The translations under genes and the position numbers were made by a program. Source: Mantamonas sphyraenae STR306 (lineage: Eukaryota; Protista; CRuMs). From it: a DNA stretch of 64,000 nt. Positions 12,101-23,318 of the stretch are shown here, piece by piece. The stretch covers positions 268,105 to 332,104 of the forward strand of contig JAPMXV010000059.1 in assembly GCA_026936335.1 (NCBI GenBank), in the 5' to 3' direction. Under the pieces are notes generated by a model. It had not been told where the DNA came from, made no database searches, and saw nothing but the letters and a program-made list of their open reading frames with translations. Within the stretch, counting starts at the first letter, position 1, and each line of letters begins with the position of its first letter.

Positions 12101-12671
12101 TCAGCTGGCTGCACGCCGTACGAGGAGCTGCGCTCCAACGTGTGCCCAATCTGGCCACTGCACCTCGCCTCCTGTGGCTTTTGGATACCAAGTTGGCATG
12201 GAGCTACACATGGCGTTCCGCAGACTACTACACGGTGCTGGATGCCTCCTTGGCCTGGCTGGATGCCGTCGAAACCACTGTGAGCAGCGACATGGAGTCC
12301 GGCGCCGCTGTGCACGCTGCTCTGAGCACATGGATTGCACACAATAGCAAGAATTTGTCGGTGTACGCCGCAAAGCCGCCTCCAGGAAACTGTCGCTGTT
12401 TCGCAAGCAATTGGCTGCACAGGGCTTCGCCTCATCAGTGGGAGACGGTATGGATACAGAAGCAGCAACCTCGAACGGCAGCAGCAGCAGCAGCGGTGGT
12501 AGCACCATTGCTGGTGGTGGTGGCGGCGGGAATGGACGGCGCGGGAGGACAGGAGGGAAAAGACGCATCAATCCGACGCGCAACACATTTATCCAACGCG
12601 AGGCAGAGTCGTACGGCAACGCAGAAGGGGGTGACACGTTTGTGGACCTCGAGGATTTTATCGCAGAGTGA
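9105..12671 (+). CDS. Uncharacterised large alpha-helical protein with an acidic C-terminal DLEDFI motif
   Basis: ATG 9105; probable intron ~9249-9322 (GTGATC...CATCAG). Joins ORF frames 9209, 10147 and 12411 through two -1 shifts near 10146 and 12350. Coding-like, Leu-rich helical sequence throughout; ends RNTFIQREAESYGNAEGGDTFVDLEDFIAE*. Confidence 0.6.
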
Positions 12672-12675
12672 TGCG

Positions 12676-15633
12676 TCACACGCCAAAGCGCTTGCGGTAC
12701 ACGGGACTGGGCAGCGAGGCAAGCACACGCAGCCAAGGACGCTCGACCACCACCATTTCCTCGGCGTCCATGAAGGACAAGAACAGGATGGGTTTGTACA
12801 TGTCGAACAATTTGAAGTTGTCCTCATCCTGCTGCTGTCCCTGTTGCGTGTCGACGTCCATGGAGTCGTCATCGTTGTCGTCCTCGGCGTCATTGTCGAC
12901 GTCGTCGTCGTCGTCTCCCTTCTTGTTGCCTTGGCGTCCGCCGCGTCGACTGCGTCGGCTGTTGGACTTTTTGTTGGGCGAGCGGTATGCCGCAGACTCG
13001 TCTTTGGCGAGCCTGTCGCTGGCCTCGCCCAGGGTTTCCGAGTCGTCGTTCTTTGCCGAGGTTTTGGCTGCGGCCGTGCTGGATTTCTGTTCCTGCAAAA
13101 AGCGGTAGCGCAGGAAGGAGGAGGCGCCCGTGGACTTGCGGTACTTGAAGGACGAGCGCGAGATGGGCTTGTCTGTGTCGATGACAAAAAAGTACGCGTG
13201 GGAGTACAGAATCATGGTGGTGGGGTGTGCGGTGTCAAAAGCAATGCCGTACAACACCTCACGGCTGTTGACAAAGTGTTCGGGCAGTGTCTGCAGGCTC
13301 CAGTCGCTCAGTGTCTTGTCCTCGGCGTCAAAGAGGTAGAACTGGTTGCTTGCAGTGACAGTGACGAGCGAGCTGCTGTGTGGGTGGAAGCGCATGGCTG
13401 TGACGGCAGACTCTGTGCGAGCCAGCGTGGTGTGAAACTTCAGCGCGTCCAAATTGAACACATGCACCACATTGTGCGAGTCTGCAGACGCCAGCCACTG
13501 TCCGTCGTCACTGATGCACATGCGCAGCAGCGCAGGCGAACTATCCTTCAGCTGGGGTTGCCATTTGCTGCTGCCGCGTGTGAGGTCGTCTTCTTCCCGT
13601 TCTGTGTCTTCCCCGTTGTCCTGTGCGGTCGTGTCATCGTCGGCGTCGCTTCCACTGTCGTCTTCCTCATCACTGTCACTGTTGTCTTCCACCTGACGGC
13701 TGCTAATACGCTGCGTGCCTGTGTTTGTTGCGTGCTGAGTAAACTTGCGCACAAGCTTCACCGACACGGTCCAGTTGTCCTCCAGGGCGAGCTGTTCGTC
13801 CTCGTCCATGGCTTCGATGTCCTCCAGGTTGATTTCGGTGGCTTTGATACGATAGACGTTGACAGAGGCATCGGGCATGCCTGCAATGAGGCGCATGTTG
13901 TCCGAAGCAAAAAGCAGCGTGTGTGCGCCGTGCTGGGCCAGGCTGCGAGGAAGGGTCACCTTGATGAACCGAAACTCGGATTGTACAAAAAAGAAGAGTT
14001 TGGTGGTGAGGAGGTTGGAGACGGCAAGCCAGCGGCCGTCGTTGCTGATTGCGGCGCAGCGTGTGTTGAGATCACCCTTGAGCTTGATCTCGGCAAGGAT
14101 GTTTGGCGAGGAAGCGCTCAGGTCCCACAGCTGCAGCATGTTGTCGAATGTGGCCATCAGCCAGCGTTTGGAGGGGCACAGAGCCATGGGCGAGACGAGA
14201 GGGAACGGGCTGAATCGCAGCGGGGCTCGGTTCTTGGAGAAGGTCGAGAGGTCGAGAGCACACAGCTGACAGTCCATGCCTGCGCTGAGCACATACTCGT
14301 GCTTTCCTTCGCCGCGTGAGACAACCACCATGGCGTTGACGTCGTGCGAGTGCGGGCGGCGCGCGCTGTTGTACACCCAGCGACTGGGGCCTTCCGAGTC
14401 CGTGTCTGTGGTGGTGACCGCGGTGGAAGCGGAGGAAGAAGCAGACGAAGAGGATGAGGCAATGGTCGTGGCACGGCGGAAGAGGGCGACGTTGTTGTCT
14501 GCGCCAGACGAGAGGAGGATGTCACCGCGTGCGTTTGTGGCGAGCGTTGTGACGTCGTAGTTGTGCTCCTTGAACGAGTCGACGAGGGAGCCGTGTTTGG
14601 CGTCCCAGAACTGGGTGTTGCCGTTGCTGTCGCCGCTGGCAATGGTGTGTGCGTCGAGAAAGCGGACGGACCACACGACGGGCTTCTGGCGCGAGTGTTT
14701 GTCGACCTTAATGGTGAGCTTGCAGCGACCCGAGTTTGCATTCCACTTGCGCACAGTGCCATCTGCAGCGCCCGAGGCAATGAGGTGGCCCGTGTGGTCG
14801 AAGCAGACGCTGAGGATGCGCGAGCGAATGGGAGCACAACTGCGCTCGTACTCAAAGGCATCATCGGCGAGATTAAAGAGACGGATGGAGCCGTCTTCGC
14901 ATCCTGCAGCCAGTACGCCGTGTTTGGAGATGCTGAGGGACCAGACACCACCGCCGTAGGAGTCGCGTGTGGTCTGCAGTGGAAGGGAGGGAACAGGGAC
15001 ACACAGGCGAATGGATAAGGGCATGGCCATGTGCAAAGGTGCAAAGGGGACGTGTGAGTGCACGTGGACAGCGGGTGGATGGGCCAGGAGATGGGGGCGT
15101 GGATGTGTGGGAGGCGCCCGAGCGCATGCATGGGCGAAAGACAAAAACTCACGCGTGCTCTTAGGCTTCCCAGGTCCCACTCGACAATTTTTGCGTTGAG
15201 ACCACCGGAGAACAGGCGTTGGGTGCCCTCTTCTTTGTCGTGGTACCATGCAAGACTCTGCACAGAGATTTGCTTGCCGCCCGGAATGCGCTGTGCAAAG
15301 CGGATTTGGGTGTCAGCGGACTTTTCGCAAGGCGGCGAGGACAGACACAGAGGCACGGCTAGGCAGAGAGTGATTGCCATGTACGCGTGTGACGTGGGGA
15401 CGGCGGCGCAACAGGGGATTCGCATGCACTGGTGTGCCTGCATGGGTAGGGTGGGGTGGGGTGGCAAAACGTACGAGCATTGGGAACCAGTCGCGCTCCC
15501 AGCGCCAGACTTCGAGGTCGCCGTTTTCGCGAGCAAGAGCCAGCCAGCTGCTATCGTGGCTGGCGGCCATGCAAACGACCGAAGACGGGCTGTATTCCAC
15601 AAAGCGGCATCGGTGTACCTGTGTGGAGGACAT
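12676..15633 (-). CDS. UTP4: U3 snoRNA-associated WD40 protein UTP4/cirhin
   Basis: Exons 15633-15475, 15290-15153 and 14973-12676, all GT-AG. Motifs VHRCRFVEYSPS, LALARENGDLEVW, RLFSGGLNAKIVEWDL, GCEDGSIRLF, RPHSHDVNAM, C-terminal YKPILF...MVVVERPW...LP.PVYRKRFG. Confidence 0.93.
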
Positions 15634-15692
15634 GGTGGAAGGATTGCGTGGTCGGGCCGACGCACACGCGCCGGGGACCCCAACACGACGGC

Positions 15693-17919
15693 ATGAGTGC
15701 ATCGCAAGACAACCACACATTGGATACGGAAGACTCGACGGTGGGCTTGGAAAGTGAGAGCACAGTGGAGCTGGTGGACACGCTGGGAGGTCTGCAGGCG
15801 TCGGCTGGCCGGTCGAGCGTCGCGAACAAAGAGGTGACGGATGCGTTTGGGCAGCAGGCATTGTTGTCGGATATCATTCTGGACTTTCATTGTTCGGTGT
15901 TTCTGCAGATTCACAGACCCGGACGGCTGCTGGTGAACCGGTCCCACGCGTTCTTCATCCCCACCATGGGCACGGCTGGGGTGAGTTTGTGCGGGTGGGC
16001 GAGTGGGTGCATATGGGCTGGTTGTGGCGTAGTGTGGTTGGTGGGGACACGCAGACGGAGTGGGGAGAAAGAGGGGCCAAGGGTGAAGACGATGAAGGGC
16101 TGACGCGAATTGACGGAAACAAACTCGGCGGCAATGCAGCGTGCTGTGGTGTCTGTGCGACGCATTACAAGCATTGACGTGACAGAAACGCCCGTGGGAT
16201 CATTGTTGGGCATCACTACAGACCGTGAAGAAGTCTACTTGTCGCATTTGTCGCACCCGCACATTGTGCGCAAGCTTTTGCTTCGCCTTTGCGCAAACGC
16301 AAACGCGCTGGAGCACGCGCCTACGATCAGCACGGAGGAGGAACGGGAGGAGGCGGGAGGCAAGGAGGAGTCCCAGGCGCAGAGTGCGGTTGGAACGGCC
16401 AAGCACACAAGCAACGTGGTCCTTGTGGATTTTAACGAAGAGGAGCAGAGGGCGCTGGACCGCAAACTTGGCGGAACGGATTGGGAGCTGGTGGACGGGG
16501 GGGACAGTCATGGGAAGCAGAGCAAGGACGAATCGCCTGCACATGTGGGAGGGACGTCGTTTGGGTTGCACATGAACATGCTGGACCCAAAGGGCAAGTT
16601 CGGGCAGTTTGTGAGGTCGCTGACAGCTCGCACAGCAGTGGAGGACAAGGGTCGAGTGAAGGGGACGGCGAATCGATGGAGGAGAAACTGGAAAGCATGA
16701 ACTCGGAGGCAGATCGCAAGCTGGCTCGGCAACTGCAGGAGGAGATGGACAGGGAGTTTGCGGAGCGGCTGAACGACAACCGACCGGTGGAACGAGAGCG
16801 CAAGCACGGCTTTGGCTGGTTCGGCCACCACAGCAGTGAACATGGCCATGGCAGTAAGAAAGGCCACGGCAGTGGGTTTGTGGACTCGTACATGGTGGAA
16901 GGGGGTGGGTACCGGTTGGGCGGGTACGGAGCGCACGAACCGAGCGAAAGGGAGCGAGAGATGGCACGGCGTATCTACAACGATCGCAACGACCAGTACG
17001 CAGTGGATTTGTTTGCATACTCGTCGGCTGTGAATGGACGCTCCAACCTGGAGCTGAGCGGGCGGATCGAGCTGCCGAGCAGCTGCTTGCAAGCGATTGC
17101 CAACAAGGAGTTGACCTACCCGCTTTGCTTTCGCATCAGCTCAGACAAGGTGGAAGATCTGAGCGTGCATGCGGCAGTGCTGGACTTTACGGGTGAGGAT
17201 GCTTCCTCGCTGTCGATGCCCATGTGGATGATGGACAAGCTGGGCATCGGCGAGGGAGACTCGGTGACTCTGGTGGCCACAACTCTGCCCAAGGGTGAGT
17301 TTGTGCAGCTGCAACCGATCCAAGCGGCATGGGTGGACATCCCCTTTGACCAGCGCGGGTACCTGCTGGAGTACCAGCTGGTCAACTACCAGTACCTGAC
17401 GGAAGGGGACGAGATCCAGGTGAAACACGAAGGCAGGGTGTACGACCTGGCAGTGGTGATGACGCGTCCGGGGCCGGCCATCGACATCATCGACGCCAAC
17501 CTCACCACAGATGTGATTGAGCCACGGGAGGAAATCAAGTATGACCCGCAGGTGGAGAAGGACACGCCGACGCAGGGCTCTGTGGCGGCCGGGGAGTATG
17601 CATGGTACGTGTACCATGCCAAGACACCCAACTTTACGATTTCAGTGAGCGCAAGCAAGGGAGACCCCGACGTGTACGTTTCCGATTCGATCAAACACCC
17701 GACGCGCAGCCACTACACCGCGTACGACGCCACGTCGGGAGACACGAGCGTGACTGTGCGCGAGAGCTCCGAGGCATTCTGTGCGTCGGTAGGCCTGTTT
17801 CACATCGGTGTGACCAGTTTGAAGGAAGATTGTGAGTTTACGCTTGTGGTCGAGGACGCGCCGTCGTTGGAAACTCTGGACGGTGACAATGGCAACATGA
17901 TGAACAACAGTGGTGGAGG

Positions 17920-17954
<35 letters not shown>

Positions 17955-18658
17955 GTATGGGCGGTCTGAATGCAGATGGAGAGGAGTGCGAGTTTTGTGG
18001 GCGAGTGATTCCGTCGCGTGTGATGATGCAGCATCAGATCCACTGCCAGCAGAGGTCGTGGCGCTGTCCAGACTGTGGAGAGGTGATGCTGAAGACGGAG
18101 ATGGAGAAGCATGTGGAGATTCAGCACCAGGACGTGACGTGCGATTGCGGCGAGAGCATGCCGCAGGAAGCACTTCACGAGCATCGCGAAAAGGATTGTG
18201 TGTTGCGCACGGTGCCGTGCACGTACTGTCCTCTGAAGATGGCCAAACTGCACCTGAATGCTCACGAGGAAGAGTGCGGAAACCGCAGTGTGCGCTGCAA
18301 CCGATGTTTCCAGAATGTGACACGCAACATGTTTGCAAACCATCTGGCTGGCGTGCACGAGATCAATCCGTGCTACATCGACGTGAGCGCAGAGATCAAA
18401 GACTCACTGGCAGACAAGGAGCCGTCAGATCTTGGCGGGATTCGCAACACCGGCGGAAACCGCGGGGGCGGCAGCAGCCATGCGTCTGTGGATGCATGGG
18501 GCGGTGGTTTGGATGAGGGATTCGGTGGTGGTGGGCTGGGGCACGCATCGACGGAGCAATTTCCCTGTCCCAAGTGCGGGTCAAAGTGGAATACGTTTGA
18601 GGACCTGCAATTCCACCTGCTGACGACATGCTACACGGAAGGCGACGACTATGTGTGA
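15693..18658 (+). CDS. GRAM-like domain + UFD1-like domain + beta-sandwich + TRAF-type zinc fingers + C-terminal zinc finger (one gene with a -1 shift near 16620-16665, or two overlapping genes)
   Basis: Exon 15693-15980, intron 15981-16139, then 16140 onward. GRAM-like DFHCSV...PGRLLV.RSHAFF; UFD1-like GRIELPSSCL, HAAVLDFT, MPMWMM, LPKGEFVQLQP; repeated C..C...H...C fingers; terminal CPKC...HLLTTC. Confidence 0.75.
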
Positions 18659-18715
18659 AGTGAGTGCAGGAAAGATGAGAGTGAACACCACATGATCTGT
18701 CTGTCTATTGTTGAT

Positions 18716-19581
18716 TTACGCGGCTTGCTGCTGGGCGGCCTGGAACTCGGCAATGCGGGCCTCAATCTCCGGGCGGAAGTGGCGGATGAGGCCTTGGACG
18801 GGCCAAGCGGCAGCGTCGCCAAGAGCGCAGATTGTGTGGCCCTCAATCTGCTTGGTGAGCTCGTAGATCATGTCGATCTCCTCTGGGTCTGCGTCTCCCT
18901 TGACGAAGCGGTCCATGACGGCCGAGAGCCAGGGACTACCCTCGCGGCAGGGTGTGCACTGACCACACGACTCGTGCTTGTAGAACTTGGAAAGGCGGGC
19001 AATGGCGGCAATCATGTCGACGGACTTGTCCATGACAATGACGGCAGCCGTGCCGAGACCACTCTTGACGCGCACGAGATCGTCAAAATCCATGAGGACG
19101 TCGTCGCAAATGTCCTTGGGAATGACGGGCACGGAAGAGCCGCCAGGAATGATGCCCTGGAGGTTGTCCCAGCCACCTCGGACGCCTCCGCAGTGCTTCT
19201 CGATGAGCTCGCGCAGAGGGATGCTCATCTCTTCCTCGACGGTGGTCGGGGTATTCACATGTCCGGAGATGCAGAACAGCTTGGTGCCGCTGTTGTTGTC
19301 GCGACCCAGGCTATTGAACCAGTCGCCGCCGCGTCGGCAGATGGTAGGCGCCACAGCCACAGTCTCCACGTTGGTGACCGTGGTCGGGCAGCCCCACAGA
19401 CCGATGTTGGCCGGGAAGGGCGGCTTGGAGCGCGGCTTGCCAGGCTTGCCTTCCAGGCTCTCGATGAGCGACGTCTCTTCGCCGCAGATGTACGCGCCAG
19501 CGCCCTTGTGCACATAGACATCCATAGCCCAGCCAGAGCCACAGGCATCAGGGCCCAGGAGGCCGGCTGTATGTGTGTGTT

Positions 19582-19615
<34 letters not shown>

Positions 19616-20712
19616 GGTGTGAGCAACGCGCACAAAGCAAAGGGAGCGAGGGCGTTGGGCCCAGAGGGGAAATGCGAACGGCGCCATGTCGGGAGCGGTT
19701 TGCAGGGCGCAGGGAGGCCAAGGACAGAGGCATGGGAGTGTGCAGACACGTGTGCGGGGAAGTAACATACCCTCGTAGGCCTCATCGATGGCCTTTTGCA
19801 GATTGGAGGCCTCGTTGTAGAACTCGCCGCGGATGTAAATGTAGGCTGGTGGAGGCGAGTGGCCGAGTGAGTGTTTTGGCACACGCGAGGGCCGAAAGCG
19901 CGGGGCGGGCAAGGGGCAAGGTGGATGAGGAGAGGATGGGAAGCACGAGTGGCTTACCTGCATGTGCACCCATGGCACGGGCTGTGATGAGGCATCCTTC
20001 AACGAGCTTGTGCGGGTCGTTGCGCATGATTTCGCGGTCTTTGCAGGTTCCCGGTTCGCCCTCGTCGGCGTTGACCACGAGGTAGTGCGGGCTGTGCAGA
20101 GCAAGAGGGAGGGAGAGTGAATTGGTAAAGGGGGTGTGTGTGAGTGGCTGGTGAATTGGGGGAGCACGCAGCTGCACAAGGTTGACTTACCGGCCGTCGT
20201 TGACCTTGGGCATGAACGACCACTTGAGGCCCGACGGAAAGCCGGCGCCGCCGCGTCCGCGCAGGCCGCTCTTCTTGACCTCGTCAATGATCCAGTCACG
20301 TCCATTCCAAAGGATTTCCTTGGTTTTGTACCAGTCGCCCTGAGGGTGTGTGGGGGGGTGCGTGTGTGCAGCGTGTGCGTGGCAAAACGCAGCGCGAAAG
20401 CGGAGGTCAGTGGAAAACGTCCAATCGGCGTCGGCGCTTTCCGCAGCAGATGCGGACCGCCGCAGGGCATGGCAGCTTGCATGGACAATCCACACGTCTC
20501 GCTGGCCAATGTACACGCTTGCGCTTGCAACCTACTCGCTTCAGGGCACCCTTGAGGCCAAAGTCGTCCTGGCCGTACAGGTTGGTGAAGATGCGATCCT
20601 CGTCCGACAGGTTGCCATAGGCTCGCGTCGACATGCTCGCGCTTCCTGCCTCCACCGTGTTGATCAGCTGTGCGCCCACAGCTCGGCTCTTGCGGATACT
20701 ACGAGAGAACAT
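18716..20712 (-). CDS. NDUFV1: NADH:ubiquinone oxidoreductase 51 kDa flavoprotein subunit
   Basis: Exons 20712-20536, 20339-20191, 20091-19958, 19845-19771 and 19566-18716. Motifs [77 protein letters not shown]; N-terminal mitochondrial-type presequence. Confidence 0.97.
19571..19615. repeat. Compound (GT)n(GA)n microsatellite in an NDUFV1 intron
   Basis: Read directly: gtgtgtgt...gagagagaga next to the 3' splice site. Confidence 0.9.
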
Positions 20713-20753
20713 GGGAAAATTGGGTTGTGTGGAGTTGCGAGCAACTCTTCTGT

Positions 20754-21469
20754 TCATTCCGTGTGTGTCACCACCTTGTGTGCCTCCCCACCGCCGCCAT
20801 CGCCGTCCACGGCCTCCTTCTTCTTGCTTTCCTCCTCCTCTTGCTCCTCCTCCTCCTCCTCCTCCTCGCCATCTGCCTCCAGCCACTTGCCAAACTCCTC
20901 GATGCGCTTCTGCTCCTCGGCCTCACGCACGCTGTCGTCGACTGCCACCTTGAAGGTGGTGTACCCGTCCCACAGATCGGCTGCGAGGCGACGTCCGTCA
21001 AAGAAGCGTCCATCCATGACCTTCATGCACGCTTCGGCTGCCGATTCCTCTTCAAACAACACGTTGACCACTCCTTCGGGGTTGTTTTCATACACCCACA
21101 TCTGCTCCACGCGTCCAAACTTGCTGCACTCGCTCACCACCTCTGCTTCCAGTTGCTGCTTGAACCCCAGCTGGCGCATCTCCTCCACCTTGAAAATGTA
21201 CTTGATCACAAGAGTGCGCCTCCTCCTGTGCGACTTGTCCTCGCGTTCGTCGCTCCCTGTCCAATCCAAGGCTCTGTGTAGATGGAAGTCGTATGTGCAT
21301 GCAGGTGTCAACAGGCCGTAGTCCGCTGTAAGCATCGGTACAACCCAAAACTGCCACCAGACCCAAACTTACTTCTTTTCCTCTTTGCTCGGCTTGGCAC
21401 CGATGCGCTTTCGCTTGGGTTTTGCTTTGTTTGCGGATGCAGTGTGCGTCTGTGCTTGACTGCCATCCC

Positions 21470-21500
<31 letters not shown>

Positions 21501-21992
21501 AGTGTTGTTGGCGTCGTTGTCGGCTTCGACATCCGCATCAAACGTTGCCTGCTGGACGCGCACGACGTGCCCAGGACGGATTTCACTTTCATCGAGCAAG
21601 GTGAGAGCCAATTCCACAGAGGCCGGGTTGAGATAGTGGACCAGCGCATCTCCTTTGGGCAGCCCTGTGCTCTTGTCCAGGTACAGCTTGATCTTCGGCT
21701 TGCCTTCGTTGCTCAACTTGAGCTTGCCCATCTTTTCAAAAAAGTACACCAGCTCTGTTTGACGCACATCTTGGGGCAGGCCTGTGACGTACACGTGCGA
21801 CTCCAAGACCACACGCTGCTTCTTGGTCGCCGTCGCAGTTTCCGTTTCGTCCTGCGCCTCCGTGTCCGTACCCAGAGCTTCCTCTCGCTCGCGCTTCCGT
21901 GTGCCGCCGCTACTACTGTCGTCACTACTGCTGCTCATCACTGTCTCGCCTTCAGTGCTGGCTATGGGGTGGCTGAGTTTGCGCAGGCTCAT
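20754..21992 (-). CDS. HTATSF1: Tat-SF1/CUS2 splicing factor (RRM + UHM)
   Basis: Exons 21992-21373 and 21273-20754 (start could be the second Met near 21938). RRM with VYVTGLPQD, KIKLYLD...PKGDALVHY, SVELALTLLD, VRVQQATF; KALDW; UHM with ECSKFGRV, NPEGVV, MDGRFFDGRRLAADLWDG. Confidence 0.9.
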
Positions 21993-22049
21993 TGTCTATT
22001 CCATGTTTTCTGCATCCATCCATCCGCAACTGTCCACACATTGCTCCCG

Positions 22050-23241
22050 TCAGGCCACGATCTCCTGGCCAGACTCGGCAAACTCGGCAGTCTCCTCCTC
22101 CTGCGCATCGTCGGTGGCAAAGAGGATGTTTTCAATCTCGGCGACAACGGCGTTGTTGGAGCCGCTGACAGACTCGCAGAGGATCTCCACCTCGCGAAGC
22201 TTGTTGTAGTAAAAGTCGCGCTCACGCTCGAGCATATCGACAGTGAGCTTGAGCTCGGTGATCTCCTTGGTCATCTCCTGCAACTTGGCACTTGCTTCCT
22301 GCTTCTGGTTCTCCTTCTGCAGTTGCTGGCGCTGACGGGTGGACAGAGCCTTGCTGCCCTTGGCCGAGCGTGTGCTCGTGTTGGTGGTGCTGCTGGTGCT
22401 GCTGGTGTCCACCGTGCCGCTGCTCACGTTGCTCGTCTTGACGCTGCGCGTGCTCGTGTTGCTGTTGGCCGTGCGTGTGCTGTTGCTGCTGTTGCCACTC
22501 TTCTTGCTGGTGGTACCGCTGCTCTTGGCCCCAGCGCCCTTCCTGCGTCCCACTGCGTCGTACTCGCCGCCCGGGTACGTGCGATCAAAGTAGGCCTTCA
22601 TCCACTGCAGAAACTCAAGGTTGTCCTGGTACTTGCCCTTGATAAGCTTGTCCACCTCGATGTGCTTGTCGATGTGCAGCTTGTTGAAGGCCGTCTGTGG
22701 GTGGAGTGAGTCGAGCGTCGTGTCAGGAAACCGTCGTTTTGAGTGTGCGCGCCTTTTCCTTCGCGGTTCAGTAACGGACCTGCAAAACCTTGTAGTTCTT
22801 GACGTATTCGTAGTCAAACTTGGCATCAAAGTTCACCTTGCGCAGGGGAACCTTGCCCGGGTAGATGGCATCGATGATCTGGCAGAATGCCGCTCCTGTG
22901 TACACGTGTCAGCCAAGGCCGCCTGACACAAGCGTTTTTGCGCGCCCAAAAAATCCACTCGCCGCTGCTCACGTCGAGCCGGTGGCACAGAACACGATGC
23001 ACACACACACATACGCACACACGCACACACAGTGACAAGACCCCAACGTACCAGAGCACACTTGCTCCACCTTTGTGTAGTTGATCTTGAGCAGATCGTT
23101 GAGCCATTCGAGAAGCTCGCCGCGCGACACGAAGAACGCGCCCTCCATCATGCCAATGTTCGACTGTGCGCATCAGACCACGCAGCGTGTGTTAGCAACG
23201 TTGGAACAAGACAGGCTGGCGGAAAACGGGATGCACACCAT
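22050..23241 (-). CDS. MAPRE1: Microtubule end-binding protein EB1 (RP/EB family)
   Basis: Probable ATG-only first exon 23241-23239, then 23163-23052, 22895-22780 and 22694-22050. CH domain [40 protein letters not shown]; EBH domain [19 protein letters not shown]. Confidence 0.93.
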
Positions 23242-23318
23242 TGTGAATCTATGTTGTTTTTGGGTTTGCTTGTCACGCGCGCGTCACTCCCATCTTAATA
23301 CAGTATTACTGTAATACA

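Noticed and set aside
16690-16705. ATGA start/stop overlap suggesting prokaryote-style translational coupling
   Set aside because: More simply explained by a single-base error in one fused gene; there is also an upstream in-frame Met at 16676.
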